Shown piece by piece: positions 30,844 through 40,610 of a stretch of 44,020 nucleotides of DNA (the stretch's first letter is position 1; every line of letters begins with the position of its first letter). The DNA is taken from IMG/VR virus record IMGVR_UViG_3300035156_000050, positions 1 through 44,020 of that record; one strand, given 5' to 3'. The translations under genes and the position numbers were made by a program. The notes below the pieces were generated by a model that saw only the letters and a program-made list of their open reading frames with translations, was not told where the DNA came from and ran no database searches. This DNA comes from a virus.

Positions 30844-33800
30844 TTACCGGCCTTTGCTTTCGGCGCTGGCAACACCCGTCAGCGTGCCCCGCGCCGCGTC
30901 AATAGGCCCCGTCGGCGCCACTCGCCCGCTGGCCACCTCATTGCCGTAGATAATCGGCTTCGCCAGCGTGTTCACGGGCAAACCAGTGATCAGCGTCATG
31001 AGCGTGGAAACGTCGCGGATTGTCTTTGACGCCGAGCCTTTGCCCTGCGCCAGCGCAACCACGTCGCCCGGCACGCCGGCCGCACTTTCCACCATGCTAA
31101 ACGCTGGCCCGGTATTGATCCGGTCATCGTACGGCTTCTGGTTGAACCGGTTAGCCGCAGCGTTGAGCGTCGGACCCACGCCAGGCACCAGCGCGGTGGC
31201 GCTGCGCAGCGTGCCCCAGCCGAACGTCTGCATGATCCAGTCGTCGACATACTCCCCGTCGTCGTCTTCGTCTTCCGGCCCGCCACGGAATGCCAGCGCA
31301 ATGGCGGTTGCCACCCATGCTGGCGCCAGGAAGCCAAACATCATGATGTAGAGCCCGCGGCCGTACTTCTGGCGCAGCCCCATTTCCTTGGGCATCTTGG
31401 AAAACTCGGTGCCCAGCAGATTGGCCTGCATGTTGAAATAGCTGGCGAACTGCGTGAACATTCGCATGAACGCGTTGCCGGTTTCAAAACGTGCGATGTC
31501 TTCCGGCAGCGTCGAACCCTGCGTTTCACGAATGGCCGAGTCAGCCAGCTGCCGCGCGTACTTTTTCAGCTGCTCATCACTCATGCCGGCCGGCGCCGTT
31601 TCCAGCGCCTGATTGTATGCGCCCATCCAGATGATCGGCCCCATGGTGTTGTCCATGGCCGCCTGCAGGAAATACGTGTGCTTGAGCACCCAGTCGTGCG
31701 CCTTCTCCAGCGCGCCGGGGTTCAACAGGACATCATTGATCGCGCCGGTCATGGCGCTAACTTCGTTCTCCATCCGGTTGCGCATGTATGGCGACGCCTC
31801 CGCCACAGCGCGCGCCATGTCCCGCGGCGCCCGAACAAATTGCGCCGACGCCCCCAGCAAGTGCCGCGGCTGCACCTTCAAACCCGCCATTGAGAAGCCG
31901 GTCAGCTGCTGCAGCGTGTTCGACACGTTGGCGAACATGGCGCCCATGCCGGCGCGCTGCCGCACGACCGAGAAGAACCGCATCACAGCCTTGCCGCCGG
32001 CGCCGTCGACTGGCGTTTCTACCTGCTGCAGGCCGGTCCGATTCAGCCACGGCGTCAGCAGTTCATCGTAGGCCGCCGGATCGATACGGTTCAACGGCCG
32101 CGACACAGCATCGCTGGCCAGGATGCGCCGCACGTCGCGAATAGGCTGCTCCAGATGCGTGAACAAAAGCACCTTGTCGATATGCTGCGCGAGCAGTCGC
32201 AAGTCCAGATGCAGCGGCCGGTTGTACTCGACGCGTGATTTCGTGAAGCCGCGGCTGGTCGCCGGCATGGCATTGGCCAGGAGCTGATGTTGTTCTTCCA
32301 GAATGCTGCGTGTTTTGGCGTCGCTCACGATCCTGGCGTCGACCATGGCAGGCACATAGCCGCCGCGGTATGCACCGAATGGCGTCGTGAACGCGTCCGC
32401 TGTCACTTCGTCAAAGTAGCGGCCAAAGACAGCACGGTGTGCCTTCTGGGCCGCCGGCTTCATGTCTTCCAGCATGTCCCAGACGCCTTGAGCAAAATCG
32501 AAGTCCACCTTCGTCAAGATGCCTTCATTGATCATGCGCGCGATAAACGCATCCCAGCGCGCGGTATCGACCTCGCCGTCTTCGGTCTGTTCGGCCCAGG
32601 CTTGTCCGGACTGCGAGCGCGGCGCCAGCAAAAGCTTGCGCATGTTCGACTTGTTGCCAGTGTGCAGAATGGCGTGCAACAGTTCGACCTTGCCGAGCCC
32701 GCCGTTGTCATAGCCGAACGTATAGCCCAGCTCTGGCGCCGCAATTTTCACCTGTTGTAGCGACGGCGCGATGGTGTCGATCAGTTCGCGGTAGCGGCGC
32801 AGGTACTTGGCTTTGTCCAGCCGGTAAGCGTCGACGGGATCTTTGATGGTATTCCACACGAATTTGCGGAATGGCCCCATTGGGGTGTCGCCGTCCTTCG
32901 TGCCCACCCAGGATTCGATCCGGCGCAGCGACGCGCGGATACCCTGAAATTTCGACAGCAGAACCTCTCCCGGCGTGATGGCGTGCCCCTCGCCAGGTAC
33001 GCGATCAGGCACGCCGATTTCTTCCAGTCGCGCGCGCAGCTGGTTCTGAATGTCCTGGCGGTCCAGCAGGTCGCCGTCGACCTCCATCTGGCGCGATCGC
33101 TTGGCCAGGTGCCACAGTGATTCGATATCGTCTTTCAGCGCCTCCAGCTGCTCGATCGTCAGGTCTTGCGCCGGCGCCGCGTTTTGCGTGGCCGCGTCGA
33201 TCCGATCGCGCAGAATCGCCGCCATGTGCGGGTCGTACTGCTGCACCCGCTCCATGTATTCGGCCGCTGCCTTGCCACGCTTGCCGATGCCGAACTCGGC
33301 CAGGATCGCGCGCGTTGCCATGACCATATCCATGTCGCGCGTCTTCGCCGCCGTTTCGTTGTTGCCGTTCACGATCCGGGTAAAGCGCGTCATCGTTTTG
33401 GTAACGGTCTTCTGCGCCTCCATGGCCGCCTGCGCAGCGTAGGCATTCACCAGTTGGATCTGCTTCTGTGCTGCGGCCTCCTGAATGTTGCCGCCCTTGA
33501 ATGCCTTGTCCGCCGCCTTGCCAGCGCGCCGCGCCGCTGCCGTGTACTGGTTCGGTTTCAGGTCGCGGATCGGCGTGCGGCGCACGATCTTTTCCGCATA
33601 CATTTTGGCCGCCTTCGCCAGCACTGCCGGCGAGCCACTGGCTTTTTTCAGCGCGTTGAGCTCGGTCGCCAGGAACTTGATATGCGCGTCGCTGTGCAAC
33701 GCCTCCTGAATGGCCTGCTCGATCGCCACCGGGTCCACCAGGTCGCCGTATTTCTCCAGCATGCGCTGGTCCGTGATGCGCTCGATTTCCTCGCGTGGCG

Positions 33801-36800
33801 GCCGGGCCGCTGCCAGCGCTTCCACCATTTCGCGGCCAGAGGCAAACTCGTTGCCCAGCATTTCGGCCACGATGTCCGGGTCCAGGCCGCCGTCCGTCGA
33901 CGTCATGCGCGACTTGATCATCTGGTCGACCACGGGCGAATCCTCGCCAAACATGTAGCGCAGCATCGGCGTGTGCAGCTTGCCGTGATAGTTCGAATCC
34001 GTCAGCGGATCGGCCGGCGCGCGCTCGTTGTTGCTGTACTGGTATTCCCAGGAATATTGATCATCGCCGCGGCGCTGGCGGTCGAACTTCTCTTCGAATT
34101 CGGCCAGGTCGTGCGCGTCCAGGTAATAGTCCTGCGTCAGCCGTTCGGCCATCTGGTCGATCGACAGGCCGCCGCTCTTGCGCAGCACCGGCTTACCGAA
34201 CACGCCCGACTGCGGCATGTCGCGATGATCCACGCCCCACTTCGTTTTCACCTCGTCGCGATTCAGTCCACCCAGCTTGGCGATGGCCACATACAGGTTG
34301 TCCGTGCGGGTGTCGACGTACTTGGGATCGATTTTGGCCTCGCGCGTTGGCCAGGCGCGCGTGCTGTCCGAGCCGCGCATCGTCAGGAACTGCCATGCGC
34401 GATAGGTCGGCGTGTTCAGCACCTCGCGGCGCACCTCCATCATGACCTCCAGTCGCCGGGCAGCACCCTCCTTTTGGCGCTCGCGCAACAGGCGCGATTT
34501 TGCGTTGGCGAGCCATTGCATATCGCGTAAGCTTCTCGCGGCCAGCGTCGCACTCGCATCTTCTGCTGCCTGCATGCTCAGACCGCGATAGCTGGCCCAT
34601 TCCTCATCTGTCATAAAGTCCGGCTTCGTACCAAAAAGCCCGGCAAAGTTCGATTCCCGCTCTGCCTGCTCGATCGCGTCGGCGCTGGCCAGCATGCGGT
34701 CGAAGACGCCGCGCACCTCGTCGGTCAGGTTGACGTTCAAGCTGGTAAGACTGCGGTACACGTTCACCAGCCAGGACCGGAAGCGCGAGAACAGGGACGA
34801 CAGTTCGCTCGTCGGCGCGCGGCCCTCAAACAGATACGCCTCAAAGCCGCGGGCGAACTTCTCGTGACTCTCGCGGCGCTCTTCGAAGTCCATCAAGCCC
34901 CAGATCGTGCGCGCGGACAGCCCCGCCGCCGGGTCGCCCTGCACGCCGAACCAGCCAAGTACCGCTTCCATGTCGGTGACGATATCGGCCGGCGCGTCGG
35001 GCCGGTTCGCAATGTCGTTCAGCACCTCCAGGAAGAAGTGCCCCGACTCGTGCAGGAATGTGGACAGGTCCGCGCGCTCGAGCAGCGTGATGATGGCCGG
35101 CGACGCGCCGATGTTCTCGCCAAAGCTGATTGTGCCCCGTGGTGCAGGCGCCCCGCCGTCTGGCTGGTCGTACTGCTGCACGGGCCGCGTCTCCCCTTCA
35201 CCGTTCGTGTACGCGCCGTCCTTTGCAACCGGTCGCCCTTCTGCATCGACGGGGCCGTCTGCATACCAGCGCCAAAACTCTGCCTGTGTCGTGAAATTTC
35301 GCCCGATCAAGTCGCCGGCGTCGTTACGGATTGGCCGTCGAACGCCATCCACCTGCACGGTCAAGCCGTCTTGGTTCAGCGTGTCCGGTGCTGGGCGCGC
35401 GGCAATGTCGGCCACCAGCTGGTTCAGCCCCTTGACCGCATTGGCCTCCTTCCCCTTGGCGATGCGCTTGTATGCGGCCACGTCGTCCGCCGTTACCTTG
35501 CCCTGCGTGTTCAGGCGCTTGAGTTTTTCCCACGGCAGCGCCCACGCGTCGCGGGTGTTCTTCGCCCACTTCCCGGTAGCTGGTTCGACAGCTAGTCGTG
35601 CGGGCGCTTCGGACTGGTTCAGCGTATTAGCTTTTTCGCGCGCGCGAATAGTTTTTAGTAGAGTCTGCAATCTTGACGCGGCGCTGCCGCCGTGGCGCGT
35701 GTATTTCTCTGCCTCGGCCAGATCCTCCTTCGTAATTTGCCCTTTTTTGGCCATCCGTTTCAGTAGCACCCATTGTTTTTCCCATGCCTCCTGCGACGAC
35801 TTTGCCCAGGTGCCCACCTCCGGAAAGTCCGGCGGTGCCAGAATAGGCGCATCGCTGTACAGTTCTGGGCTTTCAAAGCGACGGAAACGCTGGTGCGCGG
35901 CTTCGACGCGCTCCCAGATTGCCCTGCCCTGCGACTTCGCAGTTTCACTGAGATTTTGGACGCCCTTACCCATCATTTCGTCGACGGCGGTAAGTGCGAC
36001 AGTTGGGTGCGTGTCGGCCAGGTCAACTTCTTTGCCGTTGCTTCGCAGCCAGTGCTGGGCCTCATCAATGGCTTGCCAAAACCGATTTTCCGCCGCCTCC
36101 ATCATCTGAGATTGATTCAGCGTATTGCCGCCGCCCACCTCGCTGGCGCGGATCTGCAGGGGATAGCGCCCGGCCATTTCTTCCGGCGTGATCCCCATTT
36201 TCGCTGCCTGCACCGCGTAGAAGCTGCCCATCATGCTGGCGTAAGCCTGATTCACACTGTCGGAGAAGCGGCCCGCCGTCGTCAGCTGCTCGCGCACGCC
36301 GGCCGTCACACGCTCGCGCGATGCTGTGAATTCGCTGTTGACCTCGTGCGCCTCCAGCGTGCGTTTTACCTCTTCCTCCAGCTCCTGCGCCGCGCCGCTC
36401 TGCATGTACTCTGCCGCCGTGGTGGCCGTGAAGCCGCCCGGCTCTTCCGCCAGGTGCGGAATAATCGTCTGCGCGAGCTCTGGGCTGGCCATGGTCGCCA
36501 TGAGATCGGCCAGCGGGATCTGCACATCGGCTCCTGTGCCGACGTCAATCTGCGCCGCGACGGACGGAATGGCCTGCGCCAGCTGCTCGAGCATGCCGGA
36601 TTCTTCCAGCGCTTGCGGCGTGATCCAGACAGTATCGCGGCCGTCTTCCATCATCGACTGGAAAAACGCCTGCGCCGTGCTGGTATCGCGCTCACGCACG
36701 CGGGAAGCCGTCGCCAGGTCGTTGAACTGGCCCAGTGCCTCGCCTACCTGCGCTGCCTGCTGCGCCTGCTCTGCGCGGCCTGCGATGCGCTGCATGCCCG

Positions 36801-37842
36801 AGTTGATGCCGCCCATCACACCGGTTTGCGTCAGCGTGGCAATCAGGGTTTCATATGCCGCGGCCGGCCGCTCTTCCATGAACTCCGCCCAGGTCTTATC
36901 CGGGTTCGCGATCGCTGTATCGGCCGCGTCTTGCAAGAACGTCGCAATCTGTTCGCTCGGCACCTCGCGCGCCAGCATGCCGGACAGGAACGAGCCCGCA
37001 CCGACCTTGCCCATGTTCTTCACCAGAAACGCCATTGGCAGCATTTCCGTCGCCACTTCGACACCGCCCTCAATGACGCCGCCCGCCAGCGCTTCACCCG
37101 GCGTGCCGCCGCGCCCGCGATACTTGCCGTATGCGTCGGCGCCCGTCTGCGTGCCCATGGCCGCCAGCATCGGCGTGGCGGACCGCGTGGCCAGCGATGC
37201 AGCCAGGCCGGGGGCCGCGCGCAGCGTCGACGACAGCCCGCTATAGATACCTTGCGCAGTCTTGCCCTCAAACTCTGGCGTGGTCAATGCGCGCTCCAGC
37301 TCACGCGTCGACCGGATACCGGCAGCGTCGCCGCGCATGCGTGCGTTGGCTTCCGGGGAAAACAGGCCAATCTTGTCGTACAGGTCAGCAAAGCCGCTGC
37401 GGATACCTTGCCGCGCATTGTCCGCGCCGATCACGAACGACTGCAGCAGGCCCGTGCTGTAGCTGGAGAAGGTCGGCTTCGGTCCGCGAATGGGACCAAT
37501 CGCCGCTTCGGTCTGGGACAAGTTTTCGACGTCATCGTGCGACAGACGGGCGTTTTCCGGGTCCGACAGGAACTTTGTCGTACTGGGGAACCGCTGCGCC
37601 ATGTCGTCGAAATCGTGCTGCGCCACCGCTGCCTGGCGCTTCACCTCTTCCGGGTATGCGCGGGCGGCGTCGATCGGCACGCCGGTACGGGCGGCCACGC
37701 GCCGCAGTTCGGCGTCCAGATCCGGGTTCGCGTCCACGGCCACCGTCATGGCCGCTTGTGCTGCGCGCGCTGGCGCTGCCGGTTCGCGGTTCAGGTACGC
37801 GGCCACGGCGCCGGGCGTGTCAAGGTTCAGGTCATCAGCCAT
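30844..37842 (-). CDS. Giant (2332 aa) virion-associated polyvalent/ejection protein with zincin HExxH motif
   Basis: A single uninterrupted ORF with an 8-nt overlap onto the upstream gene. HESGH at aa 931-935 (nt 35038-35052) has EKFARGFEAYL about 60 aa downstream. A tandem ~70-aa repeat occupies aa ~676-825. A C-terminal hydrophobic helix (aa 2164-2185) is followed by an acidic patch. Its position between the SLT protein and the tailspike matches internal/ejection proteins. Confidence 0.75.
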   Translation of the reverse strand: MADDLNLDTPGAVAAYLNREPAAPARAAQAAMTVAVDANPDLDAELRRVAARTGVPIDAARAYPEEVKRQAAVAQHDFDDMAQRFPSTTKFLSDPENARLSHDDVENLSQTEAAIGPIRGPKPTFSSYSTGLLQSFVIGADNARQGIRSGFADLYDKIGLFSPEANARMRGDAAGIRSTRELERALTTPEFEGKTAQGIYSGLSSTLRAAPGLAASLATRSATPMLAAMGTQTGADAYGKYRGRGGTPGEALAGGVIEGGVEVATEMLPMAFLVKNMGKVGAGSFLSGMLAREVPSEQIATFLQDAADTAIANPDKTWAEFMEERPAAAYETLIATLTQTGVMGGINSGMQRIAGRAEQAQQAAQVGEALGQFNDLATASRVRERDTSTAQAFFQSMMEDGRDTVWITPQALEESGMLEQLAQAIPSVAAQIDVGTGADVQIPLADLMATMASPELAQTIIPHLAEEPGGFTATTAAEYMQSGAAQELEEEVKRTLEAHEVNSEFTASRERVTAGVREQLTTAGRFSDSVNQAYASMMGSFYAVQAAKMGITPEEMAGRYPLQIRASEVGGGNTLNQSQMMEAAENRFWQAIDEAQHWLRSNGKEVDLADTHPTVALTAVDEMMGKGVQNLSETAKSQGRAIWERVEAAHQRFRRFESPELYSDAPILAPPDFPEVGTWAKSSQEAWEKQWVLLKRMAKKGQITKEDLAEAEKYTRHGGSAASRLQTLLKTIRAREKANTLNQSEAPARLAVEPATGKWAKNTRDAWALPWEKLKRLNTQGKVTADDVAAYKRIAKGKEANAVKGLNQLVADIAARPAPDTLNQDGLTVQVDGVRRPIRNDAGDLIGRNFTTQAEFWRWYADGPVDAEGRPVAKDGAYTNGEGETRPVQQYDQPDGGAPAPRGTISFGENIGASPAIITLLERADLSTFLHESGHFFLEVLNDIANRPDAPADIVTDMEAVLGWFGVQGDPAAGLSARTIWGLMDFEERRESHEKFARGFEAYLFEGRAPTSELSSLFSRFRSWLVNVYRSLTSLNVNLTDEVRGVFDRMLASADAIEQAERESNFAGLFGTKPDFMTDEEWASYRGLSMQAAEDASATLAARSLRDMQWLANAKSRLLRERQKEGAARRLEVMMEVRREVLNTPTYRAWQFLTMRGSDSTRAWPTREAKIDPKYVDTRTDNLYVAIAKLGGLNRDEVKTKWGVDHRDMPQSGVFGKPVLRKSGGLSIDQMAERLTQDYYLDAHDLAEFEEKFDRQRRGDDQYSWEYQYSNNERAPADPLTDSNYHGKLHTPMLRYMFGEDSPVVDQMIKSRMTSTDGGLDPDIVAEMLGNEFASGREMVEALAAARPPREEIERITDQRMLEKYGDLVDPVAIEQAIQEALHSDAHIKFLATELNALKKASGSPAVLAKAAKMYAEKIVRRTPIRDLKPNQYTAAARRAGKAADKAFKGGNIQEAAAQKQIQLVNAYAAQAAMEAQKTVTKTMTRFTRIVNGNNETAAKTRDMDMVMATRAILAEFGIGKRGKAAAEYMERVQQYDPHMAAILRDRIDAATQNAAPAQDLTIEQLEALKDDIESLWHLAKRSRQMEVDGDLLDRQDIQNQLRARLEEIGVPDRVPGEGHAITPGEVLLSKFQGIRASLRRIESWVGTKDGDTPMGPFRKFVWNTIKDPVDAYRLDKAKYLRRYRELIDTIAPSLQQVKIAAPELGYTFGYDNGGLGKVELLHAILHTGNKSNMRKLLLAPRSQSGQAWAEQTEDGEVDTARWDAFIARMINEGILTKVDFDFAQGVWDMLEDMKPAAQKAHRAVFGRYFDEVTADAFTTPFGAYRGGYVPAMVDARIVSDAKTRSILEEQHQLLANAMPATSRGFTKSRVEYNRPLHLDLRLLAQHIDKVLLFTHLEQPIRDVRRILASDAVSRPLNRIDPAAYDELLTPWLNRTGLQQVETPVDGAGGKAVMRFFSVVRQRAGMGAMFANVSNTLQQLTGFSMAGLKVQPRHLLGASAQFVRAPRDMARAVAEASPYMRNRMENEVSAMTGAINDVLLNPGALEKAHDWVLKHTYFLQAAMDNTMGPIIWMGAYNQALETAPAGMSDEQLKKYARQLADSAIRETQGSTLPEDIARFETGNAFMRMFTQFASYFNMQANLLGTEFSKMPKEMGLRQKYGRGLYIMMFGFLAPAWVATAIALAFRGGPEDEDDDGEYVDDWIMQTFGWGTLRSATALVPGVGPTLNAAANRFNQKPYDDRINTGPAFSMVESAAGVPGDVVALAQGKGSASKTIRDVSTLMTLITGLPVNTLAKPIIYGNEVASGRVAPTGPIDAARGTLTGVASAESKGR

Positions 37843-40048
37843 TGTTCTGTTCTTTCATTGGTGTAATTTTGCCGCTAACGGTCTGCTTGTTGCGCGGCCG
37901 CGGCGCTGGTGGCGCTGGCCGGCGGGGCATCTGCTGCAACCGCAGGTAAGCGCCCAGCAGATCATTGTCGGACGGATCGGCTACGCCGGCGGCCTTAAAG
38001 TCTCGTTTCAGCGCCGCCGCTGCGTCATCCGGGATCTCGCTGGCCTTCATGGTCAGCAGACGCTGCGAGCCGCTGCCCGTTTCAATCCCCATGAACGAAT
38101 TGCGGAAATTGACCGATTTCGCAAACAGCCCCTTAATGTGCTCTTCCACCTCGCGGTCCGTCATCGTCTTGCCCGTCGCGCGCTGGTGCGCCAGCATCGT
38201 GTCCTTAATGAAGATCTTGACTGTGCCCAGGCGCATGGCTTCTGGCGATTCGTCTTTTGGTGACGGGTCCATGCCCAGGCTGGCCAGGGTGTCCTTCACG
38301 GCTGCATTCATGGCCGCCATGTTGATCGATTCGATCTTGTCCGCGCTGCCCGGTTTGCCGTCACCCTTGCGCTGCTTGGCGAAGAACTGCCAGTCCGACT
38401 CCGATAATTCCCTGCGCAGCTCGTAAAACTGATCTTCCGACAGCTTGTCGCGGAATGCAGGATCGGACAGCTTTTGAAATACGGCCGGGTTCGTGATGTC
38501 GTCGCCCTTGGCGATCTTCTGCCCAAAACTGATCAGGTTGTCCAGCTTATCGGGTGGGATCTGGGAGCGTACCGCGTACGGCAGGCGCGAGACGTGGCCA
38601 CCGTTCGCCATCAGCGCGCGCATCGCGTCCGCAACCTTCGCCTCTTCCGCCGCTTTGTCCGCCTTCTGCATTTCCTCAAACTGCTGCGTCGCGCTGCTCA
38701 ACGCGATTTTCAGCACGCCAGCTGGCGGCGTCTCACCGAAACGGTCGGCAATCTGGGCCCGGACCTGATCGTGCGCGTCCTGCAATGTCGGCTTGGCGAC
38801 GCCAGCGCCTGAGCCCAGCGCCGCCAAGTTCTTGGCCACGTAGTCGCGCGTTTCCTTCGGCGCGTGCTGCAACCAGTTGGCACCATGATTTTTGATCGCC
38901 TCGTCGAGGTTGCCCGGGCCCCAGTTGTATGCCGCCCACGCCTTGGCCGGATCGCCTGAATAGTTCTTGACCATGGCCTGCAGGTACTCGCGGCCCACCC
39001 GCGTGCGCTCTGCGTCGCTGTTATCGCGTGCCGGAGTCACCCCATAGCCCGGGTCTAAGCGCGTGCCCGGCATCACCTGCATCTTGCCCTGCGCGCCCGC
39101 GCTGGAGGTAATCAGCTGGCCATCGGCGCCGCGTTCCCGGTTGCCGCTTTCGCTGCGCGCCGTGATCGCTTCCATGCGCGTGTAGTCGGTCGGCGTGGCG
39201 GCCGCGCGCAGCGAGCCCACGACGTTGGTGGCGATGCCATCGGCCAGCCGCTGGTTCACGTCTTTGGTAATCACGGCCCGCACCTTGAGCATGTCGTCGG
39301 CGGCCATCTCGTTTTTGTACTTATCCAGGTAGCCCAGCGCGTATTCCGGGTTGTTCTCCTGCATGGCCGCGTCGATCACGCCCATATGCACCTGGCTCGT
39401 CGTCTCCTTCATGCGCGCCATGGTGTCGCTGCCGGACCAGCCTTTCAGTGTGCCCATGCGGATCACGGCCGACTTTACGCTGTCCATCGATGCGCGGATC
39501 TTGTCGGGGTCCTGCCAGTTCAATTTGGCTTCATCCATTCCCAGTTTGATCGTGCCCGATTGCGTCGACTCGGCATAGCTGCGGTATTCCTCCAGCTGGT
39601 GCTGCTGGAGTCCAGACTGGAATTGCGCCATGAGCCCGCCGGCCTGCCGGTTGAATGTCTCGCGCTGCACTTCGTTACTCAGCTTGCCGGCCACCTCGTC
39701 AATGTGCTTTTTGAACCGCTCGCCGTACTCGTCGGGCAGCGCCTTGCCGTCCGGCCGCGTCAGCGCGCTGTCGCCCTTGAGTACCTTGTATCCGTTCTCC
39801 GGGTTGTACGTCAGGTCCAGCATTGACTGGCGCAAGCGGTTAAGCCCGTCGTCGACGCGCACCTGATTGACTTGCTGCTGCATGTCCACTTCGATGCTGT
39901 TGAGCGTTGCGCCGGCCTGCTCCATGGCGCCGCCCAGTCGTTGCATTTGCTCTGGCGCCGCGTCCTGCACCGGCTTGATCGAGAACCGCGCGCCGCTGGC
40001 CGATGAGGTCGACGCCTGTGGGCCGCCGTAGGTTGGAACTTGTGGCAT
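37835..40048 (-). CDS. Internal virion protein with soluble lytic transglycosylase (SLT) domain
   Basis: 737 aa. SESGNRE...SSAGAQGKMQVMPGT...AAYNWGPGN (aa ~298-380) are the SLT catalytic Glu-Ser, GLMQ-like and AYNxG blocks. GGAGAC lies upstream. Confidence 0.8.
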   Translation of the reverse strand: MPQVPTYGGPQASTSSASGARFSIKPVQDAAPEQMQRLGGAMEQAGATLNSIEVDMQQQVNQVRVDDGLNRLRQSMLDLTYNPENGYKVLKGDSALTRPDGKALPDEYGERFKKHIDEVAGKLSNEVQRETFNRQAGGLMAQFQSGLQQHQLEEYRSYAESTQSGTIKLGMDEAKLNWQDPDKIRASMDSVKSAVIRMGTLKGWSGSDTMARMKETTSQVHMGVIDAAMQENNPEYALGYLDKYKNEMAADDMLKVRAVITKDVNQRLADGIATNVVGSLRAAATPTDYTRMEAITARSESGNRERGADGQLITSSAGAQGKMQVMPGTRLDPGYGVTPARDNSDAERTRVGREYLQAMVKNYSGDPAKAWAAYNWGPGNLDEAIKNHGANWLQHAPKETRDYVAKNLAALGSGAGVAKPTLQDAHDQVRAQIADRFGETPPAGVLKIALSSATQQFEEMQKADKAAEEAKVADAMRALMANGGHVSRLPYAVRSQIPPDKLDNLISFGQKIAKGDDITNPAVFQKLSDPAFRDKLSEDQFYELRRELSESDWQFFAKQRKGDGKPGSADKIESINMAAMNAAVKDTLASLGMDPSPKDESPEAMRLGTVKIFIKDTMLAHQRATGKTMTDREVEEHIKGLFAKSVNFRNSFMGIETGSGSQRLLTMKASEIPDDAAAALKRDFKAAGVADPSDNDLLGAYLRLQQMPRRPAPPAPRPRNKQTVSGKITPMKEQNNG

Positions 40049-40051
40049 GGC

Positions 40052-40597
40052 TTAGTCTCCCTTTTTCTTGCCGCCAGCTTTGACCCCGGCTTGTTTAGCT
40101 GAATACCAGGTCTTCGACAGCTGCGTGGCGCTGCCGAGGAGCGACGTGAATGCCTCCATGCCCGGGCTGATGGAATCGGCGCTGGCGCGATCAATCACCG
40201 CGCTGTTCGCGTAGTTCGTACTTTCGACGCGATGCCCCCACGCCGCGCGCACAGCGTTGGCTGTCAGCGTGTTGACGTCTTCCTCTTTCATGATGTCTGT
40301 CGACGTCAGCACTTCGCCGGCGTTACCCTCGCCCAGATCAATGCCATTGGCGGCCATCGATGCACGTTGCGCCCCCTTCACCTGCCCGGCGCGACGCGTA
40401 AGCTGTGCCACCTCCGCCTGGCCGCGCGCCAGCTCCTGCTGCGCACCGCGCTCCGCCATGCGCGAATTCATGTCGGCTACGAACGCCTGCCCGCGCAGCG
40501 CCAGCTGCCGCGACTTCGCGCCGGAATACGCGCCGATCGCTGATACTGCCGCGCCGGCGGCCTGTCCAGGCATCCCCGCCCCTGCATTAATCCCCAT
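40052..40597 (-). CDS. Internal virion/tail-associated hypothetical protein
   Basis: Start set at ATG 40597 (MGINAGAGMPGQ...), 8 nt downstream of AAGGAG; the ORF-track start at 40621 is TTG. 181 aa, Ala/Gly/Gln-rich. Confidence 0.55.
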   Translation of the reverse strand: MGINAGAGMPGQAAGAAVSAIGAYSGAKSRQLALRGQAFVADMNSRMAERGAQQELARGQAEVAQLTRRAGQVKGAQRASMAANGIDLGEGNAGEVLTSTDIMKEEDVNTLTANAVRAAWGHRVESTNYANSAVIDRASADSISPGMEAFTSLLGSATQLSKTWYSAKQAGVKAGGKKKGD

Positions 40598-40610
40598 TTT
40601 TCCTACTCCT

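Noticed and set aside
33166-37866. Long plus-strand ORFs (454 aa at 33166..34530; 400 aa at 34907..36109; 697 aa at 35773..37866) opposite the giant gene
   Set aside because: They have the same Arg/Ala/His-rich antisense composition and there is no room for independent expression signals. The uninterrupted 2332-aa minus-strand frame, with its motifs and coupling to neighbours, explains the region.
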